Positions 9,914 through 18,441 of a stretch of DNA of 64,000 nucleotides are shown piece by piece. Origin of the DNA: an uncultured virus (IMG/VR IMGVR_UViG_3300025132_000002) (taxonomy: Duplodnaviria > Heunggongvirae > Uroviricota > Caudoviricetes); IMG/VR virus record IMGVR_UViG_3300025132_000002. The stretch is one strand, 5' to 3'. How positions within the stretch are numbered: position 1 is the first letter of the stretch; each line of letters opens with the position of its first letter. The notes below the pieces were generated by a model. That model saw only the letters and a program-made list of their open reading frames with translations, had not been told where the DNA came from and did no database searches. Both the position numbers and the translations under genes were made by a program.

Positions 9914-9986
9914 TGGGTTGTCTGGGGCTCGAACCCAGGACCATCGGCTTAAAAGGCCGGTGCTCTACCGACTGAGCTAACAACCC
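9914..9986 (-). tRNA. tRNA-Lys (TTT)
   Basis: GGGTTGTTAGCTCAG...CCTTTTAAG...GGTTCGAGCCC...CAACCCA. Confidence 0.93.
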
Positions 9987-9994
9987 GAAAGAAG

Positions 9995-10077
9995 TGGGCG
10001 AGGCGGGAATCGAACCCGCATGGCCTATGGCCGGGAGATTTTAAGTCTCATGTGTCTACCAATTCCACCACTCGCCC
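9995..10077 (-). tRNA. tRNA-Leu (TAA)
   Basis: GGGCGAGTGGTGGAATTGG...ACTTAAAAT, long variable arm GGCC-ATA-GGCC, GGTTCGATTCCC. Confidence 0.93.
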
Positions 10078-10083
10078 GTATCG

Positions 10084-10290
10084 TCAATCGCGGTCAATCC
10101 GCTGAATGATCATAATGGTTTCGCCGTCCTCTACAATATTGACGGGCTCCGTCCATTGTTTGTTAGCTTCTACGTACTTAGCCAACTCGGCGCCCTTCAA
10201 GTCACCGGGAACCTGTAGGATGCTGGCTCCGCTCAGGTAGCCAAACGTCGTACCATCGTCAAGGATAATCACAAAGTCTCTGTCTTCCAT
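10084..10290 (-). CDS. Hypothetical protein
   Basis: TTGGAGAG RBS before ATG at 10290. Confidence 0.6.
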   Translation of the reverse strand: MEDRDFVIILDDGTTFGYLSGASILQVPGDLKGAELAKYVEANKQWTEPVNIVEDGETIMIIQRIDRD

Positions 10291-10312
10291 TGTTCTCTCC
10301 AATAAAGTTAAG

Positions 10313-10386
10313 CGCCCCGAATAGGGATCGAACCTATGACATTCGGCTTAGAAGGCCGATGCTCTATCCAACTGAGCTACCGAGGC
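10313..10386 (-). tRNA. tRNA-Arg (TCT)
   Basis: GCCTCGGTAGCTCAG...CCTTCTAAG...GGTTCGATCCC...CGGGGCG. Confidence 0.93.
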
Positions 10387-10390
10387 ATAA

Positions 10391-10630
10391 AGGGTGTTGG
10401 TCTTGGCTACGTCAACCAACGTGGGGAACTTCGGCCAATGAGCTTATCTCAGAAAGACTTACTCGACGTGCCTGCCGTAGATCGCTCTACACAGGTAGGT
10501 ATCACATTACTGTGAGGTACATTCCCTTTGGATATTTCAGTTTACTCTGGGCACACTTTAACCGGTGTGCCAGCGGCTTTGGCTGCTAACCCCCTATCCC
10601 CCAGGAACCACCCCTCGAAGTTAGCAACCT
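10391..10630 (-). ncRNA. Candidate structured ncRNA (~240 nt) next to tRNA-Arg
   Basis: Six or more stems, including GTAA and GCGA tetraloops; fills the gap between an ORF stop (10635) and the tRNA. Confidence 0.5.
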
Positions 10631-10634
10631 TATA

Positions 10635-10856
10635 TTACCACCAATGACCTGCAACACAGTTACCACAATCATCATGCTCGGTTACAGCCTCACATTCTCT
10701 ACAGTATTGGTAACCATAACCTTCGTCATTAGCCCCGCTGTCCTGATACTCAGTCGGTACAGTTTCCCATACTTCTACTCTACCTGAATCGCGGGTTTTA
10801 ACTTCTGCTTCAATCTCTCGTTTAGTCATAGTAGGTTGAATCGGTTGGCGCGACAT
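10635..10856 (-). CDS. Small zinc-ribbon-like protein
   Basis: CREC...C.NC motif. Confidence 0.55.
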   Translation of the reverse strand: MSRQPIQPTMTKREIEAEVKTRDSGRVEVWETVPTEYQDSGANDEGYGYQYCRECEAVTEHDDCGNCVAGHWW

Positions 10857-11227
10857 TAGTTTGTTCCTTTAATATACTGTTTAATATTACCCTTTGTCAA
10901 TCCAAAATCTTCAGAAAGAATCTGTACAATATCTTTTTTAGGTGTTCCCCCCTTTCGCATTTCTGCGGCCTCAAACCTGATACGGTCTCGCGGCCCGTTC
11001 AGGCTAATCAACTTGTTTGAGTTACCTTCAGGCAATACTCTGTACTCTCCTGTATCTACAAGTTGGTCAAACGCTTTACTTACGTAGTACCTTAGCGTAG
11101 ACCTCTTTAGTTTTTGAAACACCCGCTTAGCCATAAGTGCCGAGATAGCTTGCGGGGTCGTAACACCTGCGTCAGACATTGACGTAGTAATAATTTTAGC
11201 TGCTAAATCTACCCGTTGCATACCCAA
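10856..11227 (-). CDS. Putative DNA-binding (HTH-like) protein
   Basis: Basic ORF with AGGAG RBS; helix-turn-helix-like C-terminus. Confidence 0.5.
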   Translation of the reverse strand: MGMQRVDLAAKIITTSMSDAGVTTPQAISALMAKRVFQKLKRSTLRYYVSKAFDQLVDTGEYRVLPEGNSNKLISLNGPRDRIRFEAAEMRKGGTPKKDIVQILSEDFGLTKGNIKQYIKGTN

Positions 11228-11257
11228 ACTCCTATCCGCTGCTACAGTGGCTAAATA

Positions 11258-11302
11258 AGGCGCTACAGAAAAGATATATTACAATCCAAGTCTGTAGCGC
11301 CT
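11258..11302. other. 12-bp perfect inverted repeat (possible terminator or processing stem)
   Basis: AGGCGCTACAGA...TCTGTAGCGCCT, intergenic. Confidence 0.5.
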
Positions 11303-11317
11303 CCCAGTTTTCGAATG

Positions 11318-11581
11318 TCACCCGTTAGCTGCCTGATCCAGAAGCATACGGATAACCTGTCCGATGTCGGTAAGCCCCTCAGACTCCATCAGACGGCGGG
11401 CAGTGTTGCCCTGAGTCTCCGTAATGGTCGCTCCGTTGAGTCGAAGGTTACCACCAGCAGCTTGCGTGATGTGCTTAGGGCCGTTCTTGATGAACTTGTA
11501 CATTGCAAATTCATCTTCGTGACCATCAGCAAGAGGATCGGAAGTAAGGCGGAAACGGGTTGCAGTAGTAGCGTCAGACAT
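11318..11581 (-). CDS. Hypothetical protein
   Basis: TTGGAG RBS before ATG at 11581. Confidence 0.6.
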   Translation of the reverse strand: MSDATTATRFRLTSDPLADGHEDEFAMYKFIKNGPKHITQAAGGNLRLNGATITETQGNTARRLMESEGLTDIGQVIRMLLDQAANG

Positions 11582-11741
11582 AATGTACTCCAATGTACAG
11601 GTTGTGGTTGAATCCTCAGACAAGGTTTTAAGGTTGGAAGGACTGAGGCATCCCTTCTTTCAAACTACACTTAACGGGTTGAGTTAGACTGTCAAGGAAG
11701 TTTTTTTAGTTTCTTGGCAGTCTTTCGAGGGCACCATACCC

Positions 11742-11793
11742 TCACCCGATGACATTAACGTAATCTCCTGACTACTCTAATGTCAAGGGGTGA
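11742..11793 (-). promoter_or_regulatory. Hairpin-promoter element, copy A
   Basis: TCACCC-2x2 loop-TGACATTA...TAATGTCA-GGGTGA; TTGACA with TACGTT at 18 bp. Confidence 0.7.
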
Positions 11794-11828
11794 ATGTTCA
11801 GCGGCGGTTGCGGTAAGAACGGTAAAAC

Positions 11829-12767
11829 TTAAAGAACATTTTGTGTGTTGTACTCCGTAATAACTTTCATATGGGTTTCGGACTCAAAAATGCCATAAAG
11901 AGAGCGGTCGCTTGTTACAAATACTCTGTAGTTGCCATCTCCTTCGGGCAGCCAGTCTGCCAAATCTCCAGTATCGTCGTTTTCAATCTTTGTCAATAGT
12001 GTTTTCCATTGTTTTTCTGTGTAGGGGCCTCCAAAATCTGTATGGATTAGGGTTGATAGGTGAGTGTCAATGAATGCTTGGATAACCTGATGGTCGGTGG
12101 GCTCCTGATAAGTATCTCCGCCATCCCAGTCTACGGAACTTTGGATTTTATCATAATGAGTCTCTCCATTAACTTCCATATCATTCTTACGTAGAACTTC
12201 ATCCATACGTTCGATAAAGTATTCGTAGTTTTGCTCTGATTCAACCTCCAAATAACATTCAACATGGTACTCATTCATTTCATGGTAAATATTTTCTTCT
12301 CCACGGGGGTCGATCGGCTCACCACAATGGTCACAGATAGGGGCACACTTTGTACATAGGATGTCTCCGCCTACCTCGTGAAACTCGGCGTAATCCCGGC
12401 TACGGCTCCAAAGGTTTCGGGCGAGGGGCGTACCGTACGATTCACCGATAGCCTCAATCTTTTCAGCAAGGGCGCGGATAGTGCTGTCCCCTTTATCCAC
12501 TCGGCCCCATTGCGAATAGGTAAACTTATCCGCGTCGGCTGTAAGGGCTACTTCACAATGGGCGCATTGCTCAAAGACAATAGACGTATCGTCAATCGCG
12601 CCGGGGTCGTACCCATGATCCTCGTCGGTCTCAGGGTGGTAGCCGGAGCAGGAAGGGCACCCCTTGCCGCTCAGAATGGCGTCAGCTTCACCGGGGGAGA
12701 CATCCCCATGGTAGAGACCGTATCGGTCCCAGGACTCGCCACAGACGGTGCAGTTAATGTCAGGCAT
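11829..12767 (-). CDS. Multi-zinc-finger hypothetical protein
   Basis: Several CxxC pairs; TTGGAGAG RBS. Confidence 0.7.
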   Translation of the reverse strand: MPDINCTVCGESWDRYGLYHGDVSPGEADAILSGKGCPSCSGYHPETDEDHGYDPGAIDDTSIVFEQCAHCEVALTADADKFTYSQWGRVDKGDSTIRALAEKIEAIGESYGTPLARNLWSRSRDYAEFHEVGGDILCTKCAPICDHCGEPIDPRGEENIYHEMNEYHVECYLEVESEQNYEYFIERMDEVLRKNDMEVNGETHYDKIQSSVDWDGGDTYQEPTDHQVIQAFIDTHLSTLIHTDFGGPYTEKQWKTLLTKIENDDTGDLADWLPEGDGNYRVFVTSDRSLYGIFESETHMKVITEYNTQNVL

Positions 12768-12792
12768 TGTACTCTCCAAAGTTAATGTTGAT

Positions 12793-12848
12793 TATCTCAT
12801 TCAATGACAATCTACAATATTTACTCCAGATTGTCAAGGAAAAAGTTA
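12793..12848 (-). promoter_or_regulatory. Hairpin-promoter element, copy B
   Basis: TTGACA-N17-TAGATT; TGACAATCT/AGATTGTCA stem. Confidence 0.75.
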
Positions 12849-12849
12849 G

Positions 12850-13155
12850 TCAATCGTATTCGTAGAAATCAAACCAATAAGAGGCGGCTGCATCCAATGA
12901 AACATGTTCTCCCAAATCCTCTACATTTTCTTTGTTAAGGTCGGGTGTTTCCTTCCTGTCTAAGCCCAGGCTTGACTTAGGGTAGAAGGAACCTTCGTCG
13001 TAACCAGGGGAACCGCAACCTCCGATATCTACAATCTTTGCGAATAGACCGACGCCGATCACGTCGCTGCCCCGTATAGTACCCGCATAGTAAGTAACAC
13101 CATCTGTTACATAGGTGGTGTCACCCTGTTTAACTGCAAAGTAGCGAGCCATCAC
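12850..13155 (-). CDS. Hypothetical protein
   Basis: ORF in the coupled early operon. Confidence 0.6.
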   Translation of the reverse strand: MMARYFAVKQGDTTYVTDGVTYYAGTIRGSDVIGVGLFAKIVDIGGCGSPGYDEGSFYPKSSLGLDRKETPDLNKENVEDLGEHVSLDAAASYWFDFYEYD

Positions 13156-13367
13156 ACGTTCCGCATTACTGTTACAATGGCCGTTTTTGATACTTTGTGC
13201 CCAATCATTTTAGACAACCGCTCACCTACAGCGGAATGAAAAGCATATGCACCTTCCTTAATGCCGTAGCGGCGTTTATAACCACGGGCCGCTGTGTAAA
13301 GGTTTTCGTCGTTTTTAACCACACGGGTTACTTCATCGTGAATCCAAGGGGTATCAGACATTTTCAA
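13152..13367 (-). CDS. Hypothetical protein
   Basis: ORF in the coupled early operon; AGGAG RBS. Confidence 0.55.
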   Translation of the reverse strand: MKMSDTPWIHDEVTRVVKNDENLYTAARGYKRRYGIKEGAYAFHSAVGERLSKMIGHKVSKTAIVTVMRNV

Positions 13368-13602
13368 TCTCCTTTACAATGATAGCTTGCGCCAACATCT
13401 CTCTAAAATCTTCTACGGCCACGTTGGTTAGATCCTCTACGTCCTCCTCTTCTACAAAGTTATAAGATGCAAGAGATTCAAAGTGGTCTGAGAAATGTTC
13501 TTCAATGTCAAGTCCCTGTAGGAAATCTACAAGTAGTTCATGTAGGGTGTCGGCCCCAATAACCGGGCTTTCAAAAGAGTCGCTGCAAATTTGAAGGTTC
13601 AT
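13354..13602 (-). CDS. Highly acidic small protein
   Basis: TTGGAGAGG RBS; Asp/Glu-rich. Confidence 0.6.
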   Translation of the reverse strand: MNLQICSDSFESPVIGADTLHELLVDFLQGLDIEEHFSDHFESLASYNFVEEEDVEDLTNVAVEDFREMLAQAIIVKEIENV

Positions 13603-13880
13603 TATGCCTCTCCAATAGTTTCAAATCCAAATGGTGACGGGCTAAACCAGATAGCCACACCAGGGTTAAAGTTGTCCTGTTCAATCTGTGAAGGCTCGAA
13701 GAACCCTTCTGGCATCTTTACAATAACACGTAGAAAGTTACTGTCAAGGTGTTCTGATTCAATCTTTACTCCGTTGTCGGGAAACCAATCACAAGCCTTA
13801 GCCGCCTTGACAATAGACATTAGGGCGTGTTGATGTCCCAATGAATCAGACGTAGACAGTACCGCATACAAGTCTTTCAT
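13602..13880 (-). CDS. Hypothetical protein
   Basis: ATG at 13880 overlapping the upstream stop. Confidence 0.6.
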   Translation of the reverse strand: MKDLYAVLSTSDSLGHQHALMSIVKAAKACDWFPDNGVKIESEHLDSNFLRVIVKMPEGFFEPSQIEQDNFNPGVAIWFSPSPFGFETIGEA

Positions 13881-14074
13881 TCTTTCCCCCCGAGAGCCGC
13901 CCACTCTTCTGCTACAATGCCCGTTTTTACAAACTCTCTATCATCATCGGATAGATTAGGCATTGCATCCTGAATCAGCGCGCCGGCTTCCCACTCCTTA
14001 ATCTGTTGTCGAGTGACTGGCAAGTCTTTAGTTCGTACAATACCAGTTAGCATAGAGGTACGTTTAATCTTCAT
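13877..14074 (-). CDS. Conserved phage protein (LIQ.AMP.L...REF..TG family)
   Basis: Recognisable phage motif; TTGGAGAG RBS. Confidence 0.7.
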   Translation of the reverse strand: MKIKRTSMLTGIVRTKDLPVTRQQIKEWEAGALIQDAMPNLSDDDREFVKTGIVAEEWAALGGKE

Positions 14075-14092
14075 GTTACTCTCCAAGGATGA

Positions 14093-14149
14093 TTGTTTCA
14101 TACGATGACACTATAACATCTTACATCATAGTGTCAAGGTAAGAATCAA
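14093..14149 (-). promoter_or_regulatory. Hairpin-promoter element, copy C
   Basis: TTGACA-N16-TATAGT with TG extension; TGACACTAT/ATAGTGTCA stem. Confidence 0.75.
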
Positions 14150-14880
14150 CCAGTAAGTCGTCGTGTGTTAGATGCTCCCGATACCCCCTTGTTTAGTCTA
14201 ACACGTTGACCGGCTTTGTACCCGGCAGACGAATGACTTGCCCCCTTTCGAGCAACTCCTTTACCAAAGGTAAAGTTATCTGAAACCCACTGATCTACTT
14301 GCTTCTTACGGCTAACCATAAGGGCGAAGCCATCGGGATTTTCTTCGGGTTCCGTCTTCTTCATTTCTCGTAGCTTAGACCGTAGCCCGCTAACAGCCGA
14401 TTGACGGAACTCGGCCCCCAATGTCTTGCCGTGCTTGTGTCGGTCTTCCCATGAAGGGCTTTTACAATAAGCCTTAGCCGCCTTGTCAATCTGATTAGCT
14501 ACTACAGTGTAAAGATAGACTGCAATCTCACAGTCAGACTGATAGCCATAGAAGTGGAACATATTTGTGCCGCTACTCTGGGCCCCCTTAATATCAAGGT
14601 AATAGGCGATAGAAAAGGCAAGGTCGCGTTTCCACTGTTGGGTTTTTTGACCTCGGTAACGGCGCTTAGATTCGTCGATTGACAACTCGTTCTTTACAAA
14701 CGATACCGTCATTTTGACAAGGGGGTCAGACGGTCGATCTGATTCGGCCAACTGTTGTTCGGTTACCGCATGTTCCGTCATAAGACGGCGTGCCATTCTC
14801 ATCGCGGTTTCTGATTCGTTGCCCTCGCTACCATCGGCAAGGCGCATAAGCTTTTGGATTCGTTCAATGATCTTAGACAT
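14146..14880 (-). CDS. DUF2786-domain protein
   Basis: KIIERIQKLMRLA...E.E.A...ARRLM.EH N-terminus; GYKAG near the C-terminus. Confidence 0.8.
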   Translation of the reverse strand: MSKIIERIQKLMRLADGSEGNESETAMRMARRLMTEHAVTEQQLAESDRPSDPLVKMTVSFVKNELSIDESKRRYRGQKTQQWKRDLAFSIAYYLDIKGAQSSGTNMFHFYGYQSDCEIAVYLYTVVANQIDKAAKAYCKSPSWEDRHKHGKTLGAEFRQSAVSGLRSKLREMKKTEPEENPDGFALMVSRKKQVDQWVSDNFTFGKGVARKGASHSSAGYKAGQRVRLNKGVSGASNTRRLTG

Positions 14881-14904
14881 AGTGTCACTCCAAATGTATG
14901 TAAG

Positions 14905-15096
14905 TTAATCGTCCATCGTCGCGCTGGGTGGCAGGAACACCCTACCATCTACAATGTCCACACTACTAATAACAGGGTCTAAGTTAGTTGTCCAGTCCTG
15001 ATTGTGAATAAACTTCAGGGCAGAATCCCAAACATCGAGACTGATACCCTCATCCTGTGTGAGTAAGTTAATAAGAAACTGTACAAAGCCCGACAT
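14905..15096 (-). CDS. Hypothetical protein
   Basis: TTGGAGAGTGACATG start motif. Confidence 0.55.
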   Translation of the reverse strand: MSGFVQFLINLLTQDEGISLDVWDSALKFIHNQDWTTNLDPVISSVDIVDGRVFLPPSATMDD

Positions 15097-15293
15097 GTCA
15101 CTCTCCAATGTTTGTAAGTTAATCACTCCTCAATGCTTTGTCAATAATCTTTTTTGCCGCCTGTCTAACTTTCGTTTCGTGCGCTCTATCCACACGATCG
15201 GATTCATGGGCCGGCTTACGTCTATGACGAGCATTGACAGACTTCTCTCCATTACACCAGTTTTTGCGGTTCATGCCACTCTCCAATAGTTAA

Positions 15294-15357
15294 TGACTAT
15301 CTCATTCAATGACATTGTAACTTCCTACAATCACAATGTCAAGGAAAAAGTTAATCA
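15294..15357 (-). promoter_or_regulatory. Hairpin-promoter element, copy D
   Basis: TTGACA-N17-TACAAT; TGACATTGT/ACAATGTCA stem. Confidence 0.75.
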
Positions 15358-15543
15358 GATTAGTCCGAGGATGATTAGCCATGATGGACTATCATCGGGA
15401 CCATAACCATCGGGCTCTACTGTATGACCCGTGACGGACTCACACACCGAATCATATACCCACGCTTGGATTTCTTCGAAAGAAGGAACTTCGTATTCTT
15501 CACCATTCCAAGTAACTGTTTCAGGAAACATATCATACTCCAA
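15355..15543 (-). CDS. Small phage protein (VEPDG...SWL motif)
   Basis: CESVTGHTVEPDG...PSWL..LGLI; true start probably ~15531. Confidence 0.6.
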   Translation of the reverse strand: MEYDMFPETVTWNGEEYEVPSFEEIQAWVYDSVCESVTGHTVEPDGYGPDDSPSWLIILGLI

Positions 15544-15550
15544 GGATTAA

Positions 15551-15934
15551 TCAACCAAAAACAATAGAACCGTAACAAGCTACCTGTACAATAACATCGG
15601 CGTCGGAAGCGTCAATATCTGCGCCTTCCATTGTACGGTAAACTTCTGCCCAGAACTTTTGACCCCTCCTTGTCTGTACCTTTCCCTCCTTTAGCTTACA
15701 TAGCGCCGATGCAATAGCATCATTGTTGATCAATGTCCAGGGTTCTTCCGGGTCTTCGCAGTCACGGACCATGGCCGTAACATTGTTTTCATCGGTGTTA
15801 TTATAGCGCTTTACTACGGCCCAATGATTAACGCCGCCTTTAATCGCTGTAATGGCAATGCCAGAATAAAAGTTAGAACGGTCTGTACTACGCTGCATCA
15901 GAGACTCCATCATACCAATCGCTAAGGTTTCCAA
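15551..15934 (-). CDS. Phage hypothetical protein
   Basis: C-terminal IDASDADVIVQVACYGSIVFG phage motif; start uncertain. Confidence 0.65.
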   Translation of the reverse strand: METLAIGMMESLMQRSTDRSNFYSGIAITAIKGGVNHWAVVKRYNNTDENNVTAMVRDCEDPEEPWTLINNDAIASALCKLKEGKVQTRRGQKFWAEVYRTMEGADIDASDADVIVQVACYGSIVFG

Positions 15935-16112
15935 GGTTACGCTTGCCTTCTGCCTTAGAAGGATGGCGCGTCAAGCAATAGTTATATGCTTCTTTAATAG
16001 ATTGTTTAATCGTGCGGCGGTCTCCCCTATGGCTTGACCAATCCTTAATGATTGAGTCAACCATACAAGACATGTTAAATCGTTCGCGGCCAGTATCATA
16101 ACCGTTAGGCAT
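15888..16112 (-). CDS. Hypothetical protein
   Basis: AAGGA RBS; ORF. Confidence 0.45.
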   Translation of the reverse strand: MPNGYDTGRERFNMSCMVDSIIKDWSSHRGDRRTIKQSIKEAYNYCLTRHPSKAEGKRNLGNLSDWYDGVSDAA

Positions 16113-16175
16113 AGTTTATCCTTTAATCATTTTGTTGTAATAGTCAAGCAATCACTGTGTCAAGGAAAAAATAGA

Positions 16176-16427
16176 TTATTTTGTTTCTACTCCTGCATTA
16201 ACTGCGGCACATCCCATTTGAGTCAATGCAAACTTAACCTCTTTAAGCGTCGCCCTAAGTTTGATTACTTCCGGGTGTTGGGTGTCGGAGGTATCACCGC
16301 CGGTCCAATGGGCGGCGAACCCTTGACCGTTAGCCAGTCTATCAGACACGGCCGTTAGAAGGGCGGACGCTTTTTGAATATCGTCCGAAACAGAAAACCA
16401 TTGTTCAGTAGTAGGGTTAACTCGCAT
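16176..16427 (-). CDS. Hypothetical protein
   Basis: TTGGAGA RBS. Confidence 0.6.
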   Translation of the reverse strand: MRVNPTTEQWFSVSDDIQKASALLTAVSDRLANGQGFAAHWTGGDTSDTQHPEVIKLRATLKEVKFALTQMGCAAVNAGVETK

Positions 16428-16428
16428 A

Positions 16429-16749
16429 TCATTCTCCAAAGATAATGTCACATACTTTCTGGTATTCTTCCAATGTCATAGAGGGCCACCCGTCGTCTTT
16501 ACTCCTTACTTCCAGTTTTGTTGCGGCGAATCCTGTCCTACCGGGCTCAAAGCCCAGCCAGTAGATTTTACTGATTGACCACCCCGACATACGGCGGCGA
16601 CGGATAAAAGCCCGAACAGGATCGTAGTCCATCGACTGCAATACTTCTGTTTTGAAGTCAGGGCCATTCGGTCCCCGACGCGGGGGTCCGAGCTTTACAC
16701 GGGGTAGAGTATGGGCAGGACGAATAGAAGGTACTTTTGGCCAAGGCAT
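16429..16749 (-). CDS. Hypothetical protein
   Basis: TTGGAGAGTGATATG start motif. Confidence 0.6.
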   Translation of the reverse strand: MPWPKVPSIRPAHTLPRVKLGPPRRGPNGPDFKTEVLQSMDYDPVRAFIRRRRMSGWSISKIYWLGFEPGRTGFAATKLEVRSKDDGWPSMTLEEYQKVCDIIFGE

Positions 16750-16750
16750 A

Positions 16751-17113
16751 TCACTCTCCAATGTCTTTGTCAAACAAATCGTAGTAAAATGTTTCTGCAA
16801 TATACATACGATGCAGTTCGTCTGCATACTTTCGGGCGGTGTTATCGTAGCCCTTCACACTTACTGTAACATCGTTTCCGGTGAATGTCGAGCGAACAGT
16901 TACAATATATGTAACCCATCCATCATACATACCGTGTTCATTCATATGATGAAACGGTGCTTCAAATACCACCTTTTCTGGGGTTAAGCTAACCAGTTCG
17001 ACGCCAGAATCAAAGCCGCTACCAGACGGCATATGGTTATATAGAAGGTCGTCCGTCAGATAGGCATGGCCCGAATTCCATAGACGTTGCAATTCAGACA
17101 TAACAGTTTTCAT
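16751..17113 (-). CDS. Conserved phage protein (PSGSG.D...FHHMNE.G.YDGW)
   Basis: Recognisable phage motif; GGAGAGGTG RBS. Confidence 0.7.
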   Translation of the reverse strand: MKTVMSELQRLWNSGHAYLTDDLLYNHMPSGSGFDSGVELVSLTPEKVVFEAPFHHMNEHGMYDGWVTYIVTVRSTFTGNDVTVSVKGYDNTARKYADELHRMYIAETFYYDLFDKDIGE

Positions 17114-17157
17114 GTTTCACCTCTCCAAAAGTATTTATAATAAAGTCAACGTAATCG

Positions 17158-17260
17158 TGGGGATAGCGGGAATCGAACCCGCGCTAATACGTGTTAGCTT
17201 TGCCGAGCCTTTCACTACTTAGCCCGCCCAACCCCGGCAAGGGTTATGTACAATATCCCC
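17158..17260 (-). ncRNA. tRNA-like RNA with canonical acceptor stem and T-arm but non-canonical interior
   Basis: GGGGATA/TATCCCC-A acceptor stem; GCGGG-TTCGATT-CCCGC T-arm; no standard D-arm or 7-nt anticodon loop. Confidence 0.6.
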
Positions 17261-17278
17261 TTAAATCTTTCCAATAAA

Positions 17279-17361
17279 GTCAATGGAACCCATCTTACAC
17301 TCTACCCTTAATGGAGTGTGCTGGTATTGTCAAGGACAAAATGTAAGATGAACTCGATTGA
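17279..17361 (-). promoter_or_regulatory. Hairpin-embedded promoter, variant class
   Basis: TTGACA-N17-TAAGGG flanked by CATCTTACA/TGTAAGATG and GTCAAT/ATTGAC inverted repeats. Confidence 0.55.
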
Positions 17362-17385
17362 CCCTACTAAAAGGGTCGTAATAGA

Positions 17386-17820
17386 TTAGACTGCGATCGG
17401 GGTAGCCATACGGTCTACCATATAACATGCGAGGGTTTCCTTGTTATTTACCTCAACCCACACACCATCATGGTCTCGGCACAAATGCCATGTCCCGCCC
17501 CGGCTCGGTATCCACGGCCCATCATCTTCCAATAGATGTAGAGCACCACCATAGGTCGGTGTGTTATCGTAGGAGCCACCGTTAATGACCGCTGTATTTA
17601 GGGTGTACTTGCTATGGCGGAGGTCGTAGACCCATCGGGTTAGCGTGCCCCGTTCAATGCTTTGAGCGATGACATAGCCGGTATATGCGGTGCCGCAGCC
17701 ATCCCCGTTCCATGTGGCGAGGGGTTTGATTGACGCCGCGAGTAGCGTGTGATCGGTCAATCCAATGGTTCGGGTTAGGGATTCAAAGCATTGAGCAGGG
17801 GAAGGAAAAGTAATAGTCAT
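17386..17820 (-). CDS. Hypothetical protein
   Basis: TTGGAG RBS. Confidence 0.6.
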   Translation of the reverse strand: MTITFPSPAQCFESLTRTIGLTDHTLLAASIKPLATWNGDGCGTAYTGYVIAQSIERGTLTRWVYDLRHSKYTLNTAVINGGSYDNTPTYGGALHLLEDDGPWIPSRGGTWHLCRDHDGVWVEVNNKETLACYMVDRMATPIAV

Positions 17821-17838
17821 AGGTCACTCCAAGGTTAA

Positions 17839-18087
17839 TCAGCTAACAATGTTTTCGGTAAAGTCAAAGCCTTTTCTACAGATGTAACATGTTGGAGCGT
17901 TACTGTAAACCAGACAGTACACTCTATACCAACGTTCCCGGCCATCGGCACCCGTTGCCTTAACCTTTCGGGAGGTTGGGATCTTCTTACCATAACCGGA
18001 TGCTGTGTAGCTACGGCCCGCCAATTGCCATGGCAAGGGGTCGACAATGAATGGAACGGGGCCGGACTTCATATCAAGGTGTTGCAT
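17839..18087 (-). CDS. Conserved phage protein (TASGYG.KIPT...RVY...YSN)
   Basis: Recognisable phage motif; TTGGAGAG RBS. Confidence 0.7.
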   Translation of the reverse strand: MQHLDMKSGPVPFIVDPLPWQLAGRSYTASGYGKKIPTSRKVKATGADGRERWYRVYCLVYSNAPTCYICRKGFDFTENIVS

Positions 18088-18104
18088 ATCACTCTCCAAT
18101 GGTT

Positions 18105-18166
18105 AACAGTTTCATTCAATGACACTATAACTTGTAATGATTACAGTGTCAAGGAAAGAATCTATT
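18105..18166 (-). promoter_or_regulatory. Hairpin-promoter element, copy E
   Basis: TTGACA-N17-TATAGT; TGACACTGTAA/TTATAGTGTCA stem with one G.T pair. Confidence 0.75.
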
Positions 18167-18440
18167 TACATTTGTTGAGTCCCGCCTCATATCCTTTCAT
18201 AAAAGCATTCATCATATAGTATAGCTCACGCTTAGAGCTAAAGCCGGTTAGCTCATGGGTTCCTCCCCCGTCACTGTCGATACGCTCCAGTCGCACGTTT
18301 CCGGCATTGTGCCCGATAACATACGTACCGATATTGTAGTGACCGCCCTCACTGTCTACAGTATACTCATCGGGGTGCTCCCCCGTAACTTGGTTAAGGT
18401 TGTGTAGCCGTTGATTCAAAAGCTTTCGTGTCACTCGCAT
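18162..18440 (-). CDS. Hypothetical protein
   Basis: TTGGAGAGTGATATG start motif. Confidence 0.65.
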   Translation of the reverse strand: MRVTRKLLNQRLHNLNQVTGEHPDEYTVDSEGGHYNIGTYVIGHNAGNVRLERIDSDGGGTHELTGFSSKRELYYMMNAFMKGYEAGLNKCK

Positions 18441-18441
18441 A

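Noticed and set aside
17158..17260. tmRNA or ordinary tRNA
   Set aside because: Too short for tmRNA, no G3.U70 or tag ORF; no D-arm or 7-nt anticodon loop. Kept only as tRNA-like.
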